The notes below the pieces were generated by a model. The model was given only the letters and a program-made list of their open reading frames with translations, made no database searches and had not been told where the DNA came from. Below, in pieces: positions 19,177-28,592 of a stretch of 64,000 nt of DNA. The stretch lies in sequence record NC_061440.1; one strand, given 5' to 3'. Position 1 is the stretch's first letter; each line of letters begins with the position of its first letter. The position numbers and the translations under genes are program-made.

Positions 19177-19880
19177 TGGAACAAGAAATGAAAGACATGC
19201 CGCTGCATATCATCAACGGCTTCCAGCTTAACGAGCACACGGCGAAACTGTTTGCTTATGCGCTTGACCTTGTTCGTCTTGGTGCCAACATTGACGAGTC
19301 GTTTTGGATCGACCGCATCGTGGCCGATGACTACAAAGCAGAAATAACCGATCTGCTGTCTATTACAGGTCCGCGCATTTCTCGTCGTCACTTTGACCTG
19401 TTCGAAACTCTGGAGACGTGTCGCCGTAACGCTCACATCATTCTTGAAGCACTGATTGACGGCATGAGCACCATCTGCACCGAACTGGAAGATGCGTTCA
19501 TGGCAGAAGATGGCGGTACGCCACTGATTCGTCGTGCCAAACAGAACATGTTCCGTAACGAAACGATTCAGTACCTGTTGCGTCCTGCCGAAGAAAAGGA
19601 CATTCATAACTGTCCTACGTACCGTAAGATTGCTGCTGGTCTGTATGATGCAGAACCTGTGCTGTTAGCGATTCGCGGCAATTCGTCAGAAACCAAATAC
19701 GTGTGGAACGGTGAATGGCGAGCGCTGCTTGCCGTGTCCGAAGCCGACCGTCAGGTACACTATCGTCGTTGGTATTACAATCACGCGCTCACTATTCATC
19801 GTCTGCGTGATATGATCACCTGCCACCTGTACACTGTGTACGCTGACCATTTCAGTCGAGGTAAAAATGCCGGGCATTAA
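19176..19880 (+). CDS. hypothetical protein
   Basis: TAATG coupling. Confidence 0.65.
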   Translation: MEQEMKDMPLHIINGFQLNEHTAKLFAYALDLVRLGANIDESFWIDRIVADDYKAEITDLLSITGPRISRRHFDLFETLETCRRNAHIILEALIDGMSTICTELEDAFMAEDGGTPLIRRAKQNMFRNETIQYLLRPAEEKDIHNCPTYRKIAAGLYDAEPVLLAIRGNSSETKYVWNGEWRALLAVSEADRQVHYRRWYYNHALTIHRLRDMITCHLYTVYADHFSRGKNAGH

Positions 19881-20343
19881 TGAACTGCGTAGTCGTCTTG
19901 CGGCTGCGCTCGATCTGGAAGTGAAGACCGCAGCAACGGCTGATATCGAATACTACGTTGACTCGGATGGTCTGCCTATGGGCTTGGTGCAGGAGTGGCG
20001 TCCTGATGCTCCTGAGAAAATCATCCAGGTCATCGAACAGTATGGTCTGCGCGTTGAGCGTGTTGTCAAGCCGGGTCTACCTAAGCCTGTCGATGCAGAT
20101 AATGTTCAGTGGGTGTTCAATGTCTGGTCGCGTCATCCTGTGTATCGTACTCTGTCCTCTGATGAATTTATACATCAGGGTGGTCCTCGCATTGAGGGTG
20201 AGACTTTGACAATGGCAGTATTGACATGGGCAGTTCTTCGAGCAGAGCGCATTAAACGGCTGAAAGCTGATCACACTATGTCTAAGGCATATAACTTCAA
20301 TGTATTGCGGGAGCGTGTGTATGTATCTGCCGTTGGGGGATAA
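19867..20343 (+). CDS. hypothetical protein (possible phage ABA-sandwich-like)
   Basis: GAGG RBS; weak W.PD....IIQVIE..GL pattern. Confidence 0.55.
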   Translation: MPGINELRSRLAAALDLEVKTAATADIEYYVDSDGLPMGLVQEWRPDAPEKIIQVIEQYGLRVERVVKPGLPKPVDADNVQWVFNVWSRHPVYRTLSSDEFIHQGGPRIEGETLTMAVLTWAVLRAERIKRLKADHTMSKAYNFNVLRERVYVSAVGG

Positions 20344-20731
20344 CGCCAGTGATGCAGAAGCGCGGGCGTACTATCAGAAACAACATGAACGCGCCGAAGC
20401 CACCATGCGAGAAATCTGGGCGTTACGTGGCTGGACGATTCGTTGGGAGTGGCACAACGGCATCTGCGATGATTGTGAGTTCCTGTTCGACGAAACAGGC
20501 AAGCAGTTGTGTCCGTACCACGATGCCATTCCGCAAGAAAGTCAGGTGGCGTACAATCTTGAGAAGCATCGCCTCAATGTGACGTACACCAAGAAATCTG
20601 TAAAATTGATTAACAAGCAAGACCCAAATCCAGTTGAAGGTAAAGCTGACACGTTACGCCAGGCTTATATCAATTGGCTGTTGGCCCTTGAGAAACAAAA
20701 AGCTGAGGAACAAAAGTGCGCCACGACTTAA
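20321..20731 (+). CDS. hypothetical protein with Cys cluster
   Basis: CDDC...CPYH. Confidence 0.6.
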   Translation: MYLPLGDNASDAEARAYYQKQHERAEATMREIWALRGWTIRWEWHNGICDDCEFLFDETGKQLCPYHDAIPQESQVAYNLEKHRLNVTYTKKSVKLINKQDPNPVEGKADTLRQAYINWLLALEKQKAEEQKCATT

Positions 20732-21237
20732 CCGAACTCCCTATTTCCGTAGAGCAAGCAGAGCACATCATGGCCAGTGTGTTTACTCTGGCTGGTGCTT
20801 CTAAATCGAAGCGTCGTGCGACTGCTGCAATGCTCATTCACTTCCACGACGGCTTCCCTACGATTATCAGTAGCGGTGTCAACGGTACTATGCCTGGCGA
20901 AAGCAACGTCATGGAAACTCCTGACTTGACGCTCTCACTTAACACTGTTATCCATGCAGAGGTGAACTGCCTCAATCGCATGGAAGAATACAGTCTGTGG
21001 GCAAACGAACAGGACATTCTGTTCTGTACCGATTCGCCGTGTCCGAACTGTCTGGCTGATCTCGAAGCCGAAGGCGTGAAGACCGTTGTGTATGCGCGTG
21101 AGTATCGACTAACTGATCATCTGGACGCATCTTCGATTAAGATGTTCTGTCTGGATATGAAGTCCGTTGAGCACCGTATGCTTCGCGGTATCGAGCGCAT
21201 GAACGAAGTTATCGCAACAACACCAGCGTCTGAATAA
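20716..21237 (+). CDS. dCMP deaminase family protein
   Basis: SGVNG, HAEVNCL and SPCPNC zinc motifs. Confidence 0.88.
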   Translation: MRHDLTELPISVEQAEHIMASVFTLAGASKSKRRATAAMLIHFHDGFPTIISSGVNGTMPGESNVMETPDLTLSLNTVIHAEVNCLNRMEEYSLWANEQDILFCTDSPCPNCLADLEAEGVKTVVYAREYRLTDHLDASSIKMFCLDMKSVEHRMLRGIERMNEVIATTPASE

Positions 21238-21258
21238 GACCAATAAGAGGTACTAACC

Positions 21259-21942
21259 GTGCAAGAGAAAATCTACCATCATGGCCTGAACAACAAAGTG
21301 TTGACCAGAGCCGAGCAGGATGAAATGTTTCGTGAACTAAATCGTATGCAGCAAGATCGTATGCGTCACTTCGCGGAATTGCTTGAAAGCGAACCACGGT
21401 TAGTGTCTCAATACTCGGGCCATAACATGTTTGACCTGTCTAAGCTGGAAGAACGTGTGCATCTACCGCTGCATACGCTGTTCACCGAAAGAGGCCGTGA
21501 CCCTATTGAGCAACTCTCGCCTACGTTCCGTCATGGTGGTACTGTTCGTGGTGTTGTGCATCGCTATCCGCGGGCGTCAGACAATCTGCCAAAAGGTGAT
21601 ATCCGCATTGACGCTTCGCAGATGAAACGTTGTAGCGATAACGTGCGCCTCGATCTCAATAGCGATGACTTGTATCGTGCAATGGTGATGGGTCTGACTG
21701 GCGATCCTGTCGGAGCTAACCTCGTTACGATTGACAGCGTGGTATCTGATGATATCATCGCTGAGTTCAAAACAACGGGTGACCCAAGAGGTCCACAGGC
21801 TACTGGTCGAGCGCTGCGTGTTAAGCGTGACTCTGATTGGTCTGCTGAACGCCGTGACCGTGCTGCGACTTCTGCGCCTGTTCGCAAGAAGCTCCGTTCT
21901 AAAACACGCGCACAAAAGAAAGCGCGCCGTAAACAACGTTAA
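21259..21942 (+). CDS. hypothetical protein with basic C-terminal tail
   Basis: GAGG RBS; ends KTRAQKKARRKQR. Confidence 0.65.
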   Translation: MQEKIYHHGLNNKVLTRAEQDEMFRELNRMQQDRMRHFAELLESEPRLVSQYSGHNMFDLSKLEERVHLPLHTLFTERGRDPIEQLSPTFRHGGTVRGVVHRYPRASDNLPKGDIRIDASQMKRCSDNVRLDLNSDDLYRAMVMGLTGDPVGANLVTIDSVVSDDIIAEFKTTGDPRGPQATGRALRVKRDSDWSAERRDRAATSAPVRKKLRSKTRAQKKARRKQR

Positions 21943-21951
21943 GGAACTACT

Positions 21952-22434
21952 GTGGAACCTTTCCTGAAAGATATCAAAGACCGTTTCGCTTCTGCATTGG
22001 GAATCGACCCTAAAGTTCTCGATGCTCCTGTGGACGAAGAATCCGCTGAACGTTTTGGTGCGTTCCTGCGTGAGGACCAGCGCAAAATCAAAGTAGGTCT
22101 TGCGCTCTGCCATCTTCAAATCCCAGATGATGTTCGCTATGATCTGCTGCATAATCATCTGGACACTACTGACCGCGTACTACGTGAAACGTTCGACGGT
22201 CTCGCTGCCCGACTCGTTGCTGTTAACAGCGCAGGTGGTGGCGATGAAAAACAAGCGGCGTCTGGTGCGTTTCGTCTAGCTATGCTGATGAACATTCTGG
22301 GCTTCGATGACCAAACACTGAAAGGTGTGTTAACCGACCCAAGCCTCTCTCGTCAGGCTGGTCTTATTGCAATGACTGGCCTGAACGATATGGGTCAGAA
22401 AATCCAATCGCTTTACGACGAGAAAACAAAATGA
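21952..22434 (+). CDS. hypothetical protein
   Basis: AAGGA RBS, GTG start. Confidence 0.65.
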   Translation: MEPFLKDIKDRFASALGIDPKVLDAPVDEESAERFGAFLREDQRKIKVGLALCHLQIPDDVRYDLLHNHLDTTDRVLRETFDGLAARLVAVNSAGGGDEKQAASGAFRLAMLMNILGFDDQTLKGVLTDPSLSRQAGLIAMTGLNDMGQKIQSLYDEKTK

Positions 22435-22595
22435 GCAACCCGACTAATCCATTGGCAGATTACTTCAACGCTGACGCAGTTATCCCAGGTGTAGACGACG
22501 CAGAAGATCGTGTCGAAGCTATGCGTGACGGTGGCGGCGAAGTTGTTGACGATAAAGATGCTGATGGCTGTGAAAGCGGCGCCTGCAAAATCTAA
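22431..22595 (+). CDS. 54-aa acidic peptide ending in an NrdA-like redox tail DGCESGACKI (not in ORF track)
   Basis: ATGA coupling to the upstream gene, terminator directly after; translation MSNPTNPLADYFNADAVIPGVDDAEDRVEAMRDGGGEVVDDKDADGCESGACKI. Confidence 0.8.
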   Translation: MSNPTNPLADYFNADAVIPGVDDAEDRVEAMRDGGGEVVDDKDADGCESGACKI

Positions 22596-22598
22596 CTC

Positions 22599-22626
22599 AT
22601 GGGGCCTAGTGCCCCATTTCTGTTTT
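22599..22626 (+). terminator. probable rho-independent terminator
   Basis: atggggc-ctagt-gccccat then tttctgtttt. Confidence 0.7.
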
Positions 22627-22636
22627 GGGGAATTTT

Positions 22637-23176
22637 ATGCAAACAGCATACCGTTGTAAGCATTGCAAGTATGTCCACAATGACAAGGTAAGTAGCTGCG
22701 ATTGTCAGGGCAGTAAAAAGTTTGAGTACACGTTGGTGCAAATCATCGACGTGCCTGAGAACGAAGACGGTGTACCTCCGTTCAAAGATCTCAAACACTC
22801 TCGCGCACCGCGTTACGTCAACGTAAAGAACGGTACGTATGGCAATGGCATCTATGAGTTGCGTGAGGTGCGGAGTAATGTTGATGGTGATGAGCGCTAT
22901 TGGTGGACTAACATCGGTAACATGCAGAGTGGTCTGGATCGCTCTGACCTGGGCATGAAGATAGTTGAGGCTAACATGCGAGCTAACTGTGTGCTGGCTG
23001 CTGCCGGTCCTGTCATGCTCGAAGCGCTCTACATGGCCTATCAGTATTTCCATCGTAAGCGTCTGGTACAAGGCGATACTCCACAGACTGCTATGCGCAT
23101 CTCAATAATCGCCGAAGCAATTCGTCAAGGTACTGACCTGTCTGTCTTCAAAGAACCGCAAATACCAAAGGAGTGA
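22637..23176 (+). CDS. hypothetical protein with N-terminal Zn-binding motif
   Basis: CKHC...CDC. Confidence 0.65.
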   Translation: MQTAYRCKHCKYVHNDKVSSCDCQGSKKFEYTLVQIIDVPENEDGVPPFKDLKHSRAPRYVNVKNGTYGNGIYELREVRSNVDGDERYWWTNIGNMQSGLDRSDLGMKIVEANMRANCVLAAAGPVMLEALYMAYQYFHRKRLVQGDTPQTAMRISIIAEAIRQGTDLSVFKEPQIPKE

Positions 23177-23179
23177 TTG

Positions 23180-23779
23180 ATGTACTATCAGCAACTGAAA
23201 AATAAACTGGCTGCATATGGTCTGGCTATTCACAACAAGCGCCAGGAAAATCGTAAGCGCCTAGCTGCCCTTCGTGTAATGCAGGACGATGTGATTCATG
23301 GCGGTCAGGTGTGGACGTCGAAAGAAAACGGCGTAAACTACCAGATACTGTTTCTGACCAACCTGTATTCTGACGGTTCGATTCAGGTTATTTTCTCCAA
23401 GCACTGGGCGTACATCTCCTCAATGCCTGTCGAAGACTTCCTCGAACAGTTCACGCATAACGGTGAGATTGATAACTCGCTACCGCCTGCGTCTGACGAC
23501 CTCATGGCTATGGCCACCAACATGTTTGGGCGCAGCACTATACGCAAGCCACAAGAGGGTGAGTATTGGTCGCGTGTTGATCGTATGCCTAGCGGTTTCG
23601 ATGACGACCGTAAGCCTGTGTTCCGTGATCATAAAGTCACTATTCAGGTTCGTGGTATCGTTCACCAATCTCCGTCTCAGCCGTTTGTGCTGTACAAAGA
23701 GAACGGCGAAGATCTTGTACTGAACATGCACCAATTCTTAAATCGCTACAGTCCGGAGCCCGAAGAAAATGTTGATTGA
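23180..23779 (+). CDS. hypothetical protein, two DUF1653/SH3-like repeats
   Basis: GGQVWTSKENGVNYQILFLTN and EGEYWSR...VLY...F..RY. Confidence 0.6.
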   Translation: MYYQQLKNKLAAYGLAIHNKRQENRKRLAALRVMQDDVIHGGQVWTSKENGVNYQILFLTNLYSDGSIQVIFSKHWAYISSMPVEDFLEQFTHNGEIDNSLPPASDDLMAMATNMFGRSTIRKPQEGEYWSRVDRMPSGFDDDRKPVFRDHKVTIQVRGIVHQSPSQPFVLYKENGEDLVLNMHQFLNRYSPEPEENVD

Positions 23780-24416
23780 CTTCCTGAAAGCAGTGCCTGC
23801 AATAATCCTCTGCTACATCATTTGGCGCTATGTCACGAACAAAGTCGAGCGCGACCGTCATCTGCGTAAAGCGCAAGAGCATTACAATCACGGGCGTCTT
23901 GATAGCGGTAACGTCTGGATTCATTTGAAGACGGGCCGTCCATATACGGTATTGTGTTTGACTAACACGGGCGTGAATAAATCTAACTGGCGGAATGCTT
24001 GGGAGATCAACGTCGTATATACCAACGACTTCGAACAAGTCTGGAACAGGCCTTTCAGTGAGTTCTGCCATAAGTTCACGCACGTCAGCCGTGGTCCGAA
24101 TGAGGAGCACTTCACAACTACTCTGATGGGTATGCAGATGGAAGCCAACACTCGCATTCTTATTCCGCATGAAGGCGAGATGTGGTTTGAAGGCACAGTC
24201 CATGCAACACCGCCGGAGTTGGTTGCTCAAGGCCATGCGCCTCAAGTTGTGTCCCAGCGCCGCGCTCATATAGACATGGTACTTGGTGTAGGACAAGCGC
24301 ATCCTGTCGTTGTGTATACTGTAAACGATAAGCAGACAGCAATGCTGCTTTCGCAGTTCATCTTCATCTACCGCAAAGAGGCTTCTTTCGATGGGACAGT
24401 CAGCTCTAGTGTTTAA
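23769..24416 (+). CDS. membrane-anchored protein, two DUF1653-like repeats
   Basis: N-terminal TM; GNVWIHLKTGRPYTVLCLTN...VVY...VWNRPFSEF..KF. Confidence 0.65.
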   Translation: MLIDFLKAVPAIILCYIIWRYVTNKVERDRHLRKAQEHYNHGRLDSGNVWIHLKTGRPYTVLCLTNTGVNKSNWRNAWEINVVYTNDFEQVWNRPFSEFCHKFTHVSRGPNEEHFTTTLMGMQMEANTRILIPHEGEMWFEGTVHATPPELVAQGHAPQVVSQRRAHIDMVLGVGQAHPVVVYTVNDKQTAMLLSQFIFIYRKEASFDGTVSSSV

Positions 24417-24735
24417 GTACGTTATGTTCGTTCGCACTCGCACCAAAGAGCGCGACGACGGTGTTCACATGCCAGTCATCTTTCCAACTCATATCATGCA
24501 CTCAGATATGGGCGAAGCTATGATTGGCTACGCGATTCAGAACGGCATGATCGAAAACAAATACTATCAGCGTATGACTGCGGTTAGTGCTGGCTTCATC
24601 GATCTGAATGACCTGCGTTGTTTCGGCGAGTCTGAATCTCTGGAACTCAAGTCCCGTGAGCAGGACAGCGAGATCATCCGTGAGTACATGAAGACTCAAG
24701 GCAAAGGCGCTCCTGTTCCTGAGGTGGAAGAATGA
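24391..24735 (+). CDS. hypothetical protein
   Basis: Conserved-looking KYVM...PVIFP...H...SAGF pattern. Confidence 0.6.
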   Translation: MGQSALVFKYVMFVRTRTKERDDGVHMPVIFPTHIMHSDMGEAMIGYAIQNGMIENKYYQRMTAVSAGFIDLNDLRCFGESESLELKSREQDSEIIREYMKTQGKGAPVPEVEE

Positions 24736-25220
24736 GCATAGCAGGAAAAGTCGATAGCGTTAAAAACCAACGCGAGTCTGAACGTAAGGCCAAAGAAGAA
24801 ACTTTCCGTGCGGCCTGTCAGGCGCTCATTCCCAAAATCGCATCTGATATGGACGGCTTGCTTCTGCATTTCGTTAGCGCGAACGTTAATAGTGATCGCA
24901 TTGTACTAGGGACTCCTAAGTACACTATCTGCGACTACAGGTTTAAGCTGACCATCACAGTTGACTTCCATGAAAACCGTGACACGCAGTTCACTGTCGA
25001 GCTGGCTCCTGATGGTCCGTTCACGCTGATCAAAGATCGTGTGCGCCAGCGTCCGTGGTTCCTGCGTGACATTACGTTCATGCCGTACGAAGATGCTCTC
25101 TCCGAAATGATGTATCACGCTGTGGAGAGATCATTTGCAGGCAATGAGTGGCGTGACCGTTACGGTCCTAATCTCGGCTCAAGCGATGTAATATTCTCGC
25201 ACCTGTATCTGAGGTCCTGA
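24732..25220 (+). CDS. hypothetical protein
   Basis: ATGA coupling. Confidence 0.65.
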   Translation: MSIAGKVDSVKNQRESERKAKEETFRAACQALIPKIASDMDGLLLHFVSANVNSDRIVLGTPKYTICDYRFKLTITVDFHENRDTQFTVELAPDGPFTLIKDRVRQRPWFLRDITFMPYEDALSEMMYHAVERSFAGNEWRDRYGPNLGSSDVIFSHLYLRS

Positions 25221-25600
25221 TGAAAGAAGTTCTGTTAGCGATCTGGAACAGCCCATTCTGGGATAAACCTGTTAGCGCATTCGTTGTGCCTGCGTTTGTC
25301 ATTACCTGGTTTATATGGACAGAGTATCGTGAGCGCCGTGAATTGCGTTTGTCTCGTGAGGTGTTTGCAACGGGCTGGGCACCTGTGAAAGGGACAATGT
25401 ACCGTCACCGCTATCTGCCTTGGCGCACCTGTCGTTTGTGCTATACTGTAAATAGTCCTAACGACAAGTTCATCCCTTCTGTCTTCATCGAAATCATAGG
25501 CGGCTCATACAAAGAATTGACCGCTCATAGTTTCTGTACATCTTACAAAGAGATTGAAAATGCCAACTCCAGTGATTCTTCTCAAGCAGCAAACTCGTGA
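25220..25600 (+). CDS. membrane-anchored hypothetical protein
   Basis: TGATG coupling; N-terminal TM. Confidence 0.6.
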   Translation: MKEVLLAIWNSPFWDKPVSAFVVPAFVITWFIWTEYRERRELRLSREVFATGWAPVKGTMYRHRYLPWRTCRLCYTVNSPNDKFIPSVFIEIIGGSYKELTAHSFCTSYKEIENANSSDSSQAANS

Positions 25601-25904
25601 CCTGCTGGTAAAGATGTTCGGCCAGAACAAGCCATTCATCGTCGTGCGCCGTGACGCTATCGTGGAGAACGAAAAGCGTTTCGGTGATCGCGTTTACTTC
25701 TCTAATGGCGTTAACACCGTCACTGTGCCAAACATTCAAGGGCTTGACCTGGGTGATAAGCTCTACATTGCAGAAGACGGCGATGTGTATGAGTGGCATC
25801 CTCACTTCGAGCGTCCTTACGAAGCAGTATCGAACAACCAGACAGAAGCTCTGGCGTTTGGTCTGCATCCCATTGTCTTCCACACCGACACACGGAACAG
25901 CTAA
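25560..25904 (+). CDS. hypothetical protein
   Basis: ORF coupled to thymidylate synthase by TAATG. Confidence 0.6.
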   Translation: MPTPVILLKQQTRDLLVKMFGQNKPFIVVRRDAIVENEKRFGDRVYFSNGVNTVTVPNIQGLDLGDKLYIAEDGDVYEWHPHFERPYEAVSNNQTEALAFGLHPIVFHTDTRNS

Positions 25905-27001
25905 TGTCACAACCACTTGATTTACGAAACCCGAACCACTACGAACTGTACTCTCTCCATAGCGTGGACGAGCAGTATATCAACCTGTGCGATGCAATCA
26001 TTGCTACTGGTACGCAAGAGTCCGATGCTGGTCGCACCGACGATACGTGGACGACTCTGATTGGCGTTGGTTTCCAGTTGCAGAACACGCACATTGCTTT
26101 CCCTGCACTGCTGTCCGCACGTAAGAACTGGAGCGCAGCCGTCGATGAGATGTGCTGGATGGCTCGCGGTGAAACGAACATCAACACTCTCGGCTCTAAG
26201 ATCTGGGACGAGTGGGCAGATGAAAGCGGTGAGTGCGGTCCAATCTACGGCGAGATGTGGCGTCGTTGGCCTGACATTAAAGCGTTCTTCGACTACACGC
26301 AGCCTATGGCGTCTTGCCCTACTGCCGATGTTATTCGTGTGCGTGACGAAATTCTGCGTATGCGTCAGGACGGCTACATCGAAACGCAACTGACTGACGG
26401 TCGCATCCTGTTTGAAGGTGAGATTGACCAGTTCGCTAACGCTCTGTATCACATCGAAAACCGTTCGCGTTCTCGCCGCATTCGTGTGCAGGGTTTCAAC
26501 CCAAGCTATGTGAACATGCAGGGTCTTCCTCCGTGTCACACTGAGTTTGAGTTCAACGTAACGAAGTCCACCAAGTACGAACAGGCGCAGGCCGATGCTC
26601 GCGGTCAGACGGTAGCGCAGGACAGTCTGCATATCACTGTCACCATGCGCAGCAACGACTGCCTGCTGGGGCGTCCTTTCAACATCATCGGCTACAGTGC
26701 AATGCACCAACTGATTGCGAAGTGGGCTGGCTTGAACGTTGGTGGCTTTACGCTGAATACGACGAACACCCACCTGTACGATCATCACCGTGAAGCATAC
26801 GCTAAACAGCGTGAGCAATGGATGACGTTGCGTGAACGTATGCAAACAACTGGCGAGCCTGTGAAATATCCTGTGCTCGAAATCTCCGATGATGTTATCG
26901 GTCTGACAGCTAAAGAACTGCTGGACAACGTTAACATCGACTGGTTCGAGCTGGTGGACTACAGCCCGATGCCAGCAGTAAAAGGACGTGTGACCAAATG
27001 A
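25904..27001 (+). CDS. thyA: thymidylate synthase
   Basis: GPIYGEMWR, RSRR, LPPCH, MRSND..LG.PFN (dUMP-specifying Asn), HLYDHH. Confidence 0.93.
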   Translation: MSQPLDLRNPNHYELYSLHSVDEQYINLCDAIIATGTQESDAGRTDDTWTTLIGVGFQLQNTHIAFPALLSARKNWSAAVDEMCWMARGETNINTLGSKIWDEWADESGECGPIYGEMWRRWPDIKAFFDYTQPMASCPTADVIRVRDEILRMRQDGYIETQLTDGRILFEGEIDQFANALYHIENRSRSRRIRVQGFNPSYVNMQGLPPCHTEFEFNVTKSTKYEQAQADARGQTVAQDSLHITVTMRSNDCLLGRPFNIIGYSAMHQLIAKWAGLNVGGFTLNTTNTHLYDHHREAYAKQREQWMTLRERMQTTGEPVKYPVLEISDDVIGLTAKELLDNVNIDWFELVDYSPMPAVKGRVTK

Positions 27002-27651
27002 ACGTGAATAACATTTTGCTGATCGAACGTGTCAGCTCCTATATGTACGTCGGCTTTGCAGAAAACATACCTGACATTCCTCGTCGTGGTGTTGAGAAGT
27101 TCGACGTTCTGATTCCTGACGGACGTGATGGAACCAATGAACCGATTCTTCAAATGACGGCGCGTTGTATCTACCATCTGCCGCACAACTGTTTCCTGAT
27201 CAGCATTGCAGAAGGCACTGAGGGGCACGAGTACCCAGCCCAGATGAAGTCTCACTGCAAGTACAACATGGAACTGTTCAAGCGTTCCTCTCATGGCCGC
27301 GAACAGATTGCACTCAAGCAAATTCTGAATGAACTGCATGACGCCGAAGTGCAGCACCCGGACTGGCCAGAAGAATGTATTCACGCTGCATCAATCGTTA
27401 CCGAAGAAGCTGGTGAGTTGCTGCGCGACTGTGCAACCTTCGAAGAAAACGGCGACGACCGCCTGATTCTTAACATGCTGGGTGAGGCCACTCAGGTCGG
27501 TGCAATGGCCGTTCGCTTCATGAAGAACCTGCCGTTCAGCCAAAAGCGTACTATCCCCAACAAAGCGCTGCGCTCAATCCTTGACTCTGACATGACACCA
27601 GAGCAACAACTGGTTGAAGTGCGCCGACTAATGAATGACGGAGTTCGTTAA
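26998..27651 (+). CDS. two-domain protein with MazG-like NTP pyrophosphohydrolase C-terminal domain
   Basis: IVTEEAGELL...EATQVGAMAVRF. Confidence 0.7.
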   Translation: MNVNNILLIERVSSYMYVGFAENIPDIPRRGVEKFDVLIPDGRDGTNEPILQMTARCIYHLPHNCFLISIAEGTEGHEYPAQMKSHCKYNMELFKRSSHGREQIALKQILNELHDAEVQHPDWPEECIHAASIVTEEAGELLRDCATFEENGDDRLILNMLGEATQVGAMAVRFMKNLPFSQKRTIPNKALRSILDSDMTPEQQLVEVRRLMNDGVR

Positions 27652-28541
27652 TGCGTTTACTTAGTTATGGTGCCTGTGGCGGTGAACCCTTTCGCCGTCT
27701 GATTGTAGAAGACAACGGCCTGCTTGAAATCGGTGTGCATCCAGAAATCAAAGCATTCGGTTGCGTCTTCACAAACGTTAACGTTGGTCGTCGCATTGAT
27801 GGCACTGCTGAACTCGATCTGCCTGATGCGAAAGACTGGTCTATCGAAATGGCGAACTACTTCCTGTCGCCTGAATACAAGCAGTGGGTAGGCGGTCATA
27901 CGCCACGTATCGAAACGATGCTGGATGCGCACGTCATCAAAGGCAAGCTGCCGACACTGGCTCAGGACTTCGATGCGTTCTATGCTGACCTGCAACAAAA
28001 GATCAACGCACTCAATCTGCCTGACATTGTGTTTGAACACAGCACGATTAAGCAGACGAACCTGAACCAACAGTTCGACGTGTGGATGCTGTACAAGTAC
28101 AACTTGATGCTTGACGGCAAGATCTCTGTGACGCGTTCGAATCTCGGTGAGCTGGTCTTTCAAGAAGACTTCATCTCCGCGAAAGGTACGATGTGGTGGC
28201 TGCGTGAGCACAACAAGCAACTAATGGAGCTGGCCGCGAAGCACGACATGTTGGCTGCATTCATTACGTTCGGTGAATCACATCGCAGAGAGCGTGAGTT
28301 CTTCTACTCGTTTATCACGCACGAAGGCGCCACGTCACATCGGCCTGTTGATCCAGCAGAGTTCATGCACCTGTCTGTTCATGGTCAGTTCCCAGAGCTG
28401 GTCATCATTGATGAAGGTGAAGGGTATCGTCTGACTGTTAACTATGGGCAATACTTCCCTAAAGCGTATCTCGATCTCCAGGCTGCGACCAACATCACTG
28501 TCGGCAGCAACTACGCGCTTAACCTCTTGCGCTTTATCTGA
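27651..28541 (+). CDS. hypothetical protein
   Basis: TAATG coupling, 296 aa. Confidence 0.7.
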   Translation: MRLLSYGACGGEPFRRLIVEDNGLLEIGVHPEIKAFGCVFTNVNVGRRIDGTAELDLPDAKDWSIEMANYFLSPEYKQWVGGHTPRIETMLDAHVIKGKLPTLAQDFDAFYADLQQKINALNLPDIVFEHSTIKQTNLNQQFDVWMLYKYNLMLDGKISVTRSNLGELVFQEDFISAKGTMWWLREHNKQLMELAAKHDMLAAFITFGESHRREREFFYSFITHEGATSHRPVDPAEFMHLSVHGQFPELVIIDEGEGYRLTVNYGQYFPKAYLDLQAATNITVGSNYALNLLRFI

Positions 28542-28547
28542 CGGTGC

Positions 28548-28590
28548 CGAGTCTCCCTCAGTAATTTAAGTTTCTACAAAGGGAGACTCG
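28548..28590 (+). promoter_or_regulatory. 11-bp inverted repeat sequestering the downstream RBS
   Basis: cgagtctccct (28548-28558) pairs with agggagactcg (28580-28590); the loop contains TAATTT. Confidence 0.6.
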
Positions 28591-28592
28591 CC

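Noticed and set aside
21952-22595. Remnant nrdA pseudogene
   Set aside because: Neither the upstream ORF nor the other frames show RNR motifs; only the last 10 residues match, within an intact coupled ORF
25904-27001. Thymidylate synthase as a dCMP hydroxymethylase or base-modifying enzyme
   Set aside because: It has Asn (PFN), not the Asp typical of dCMP-specific enzymes
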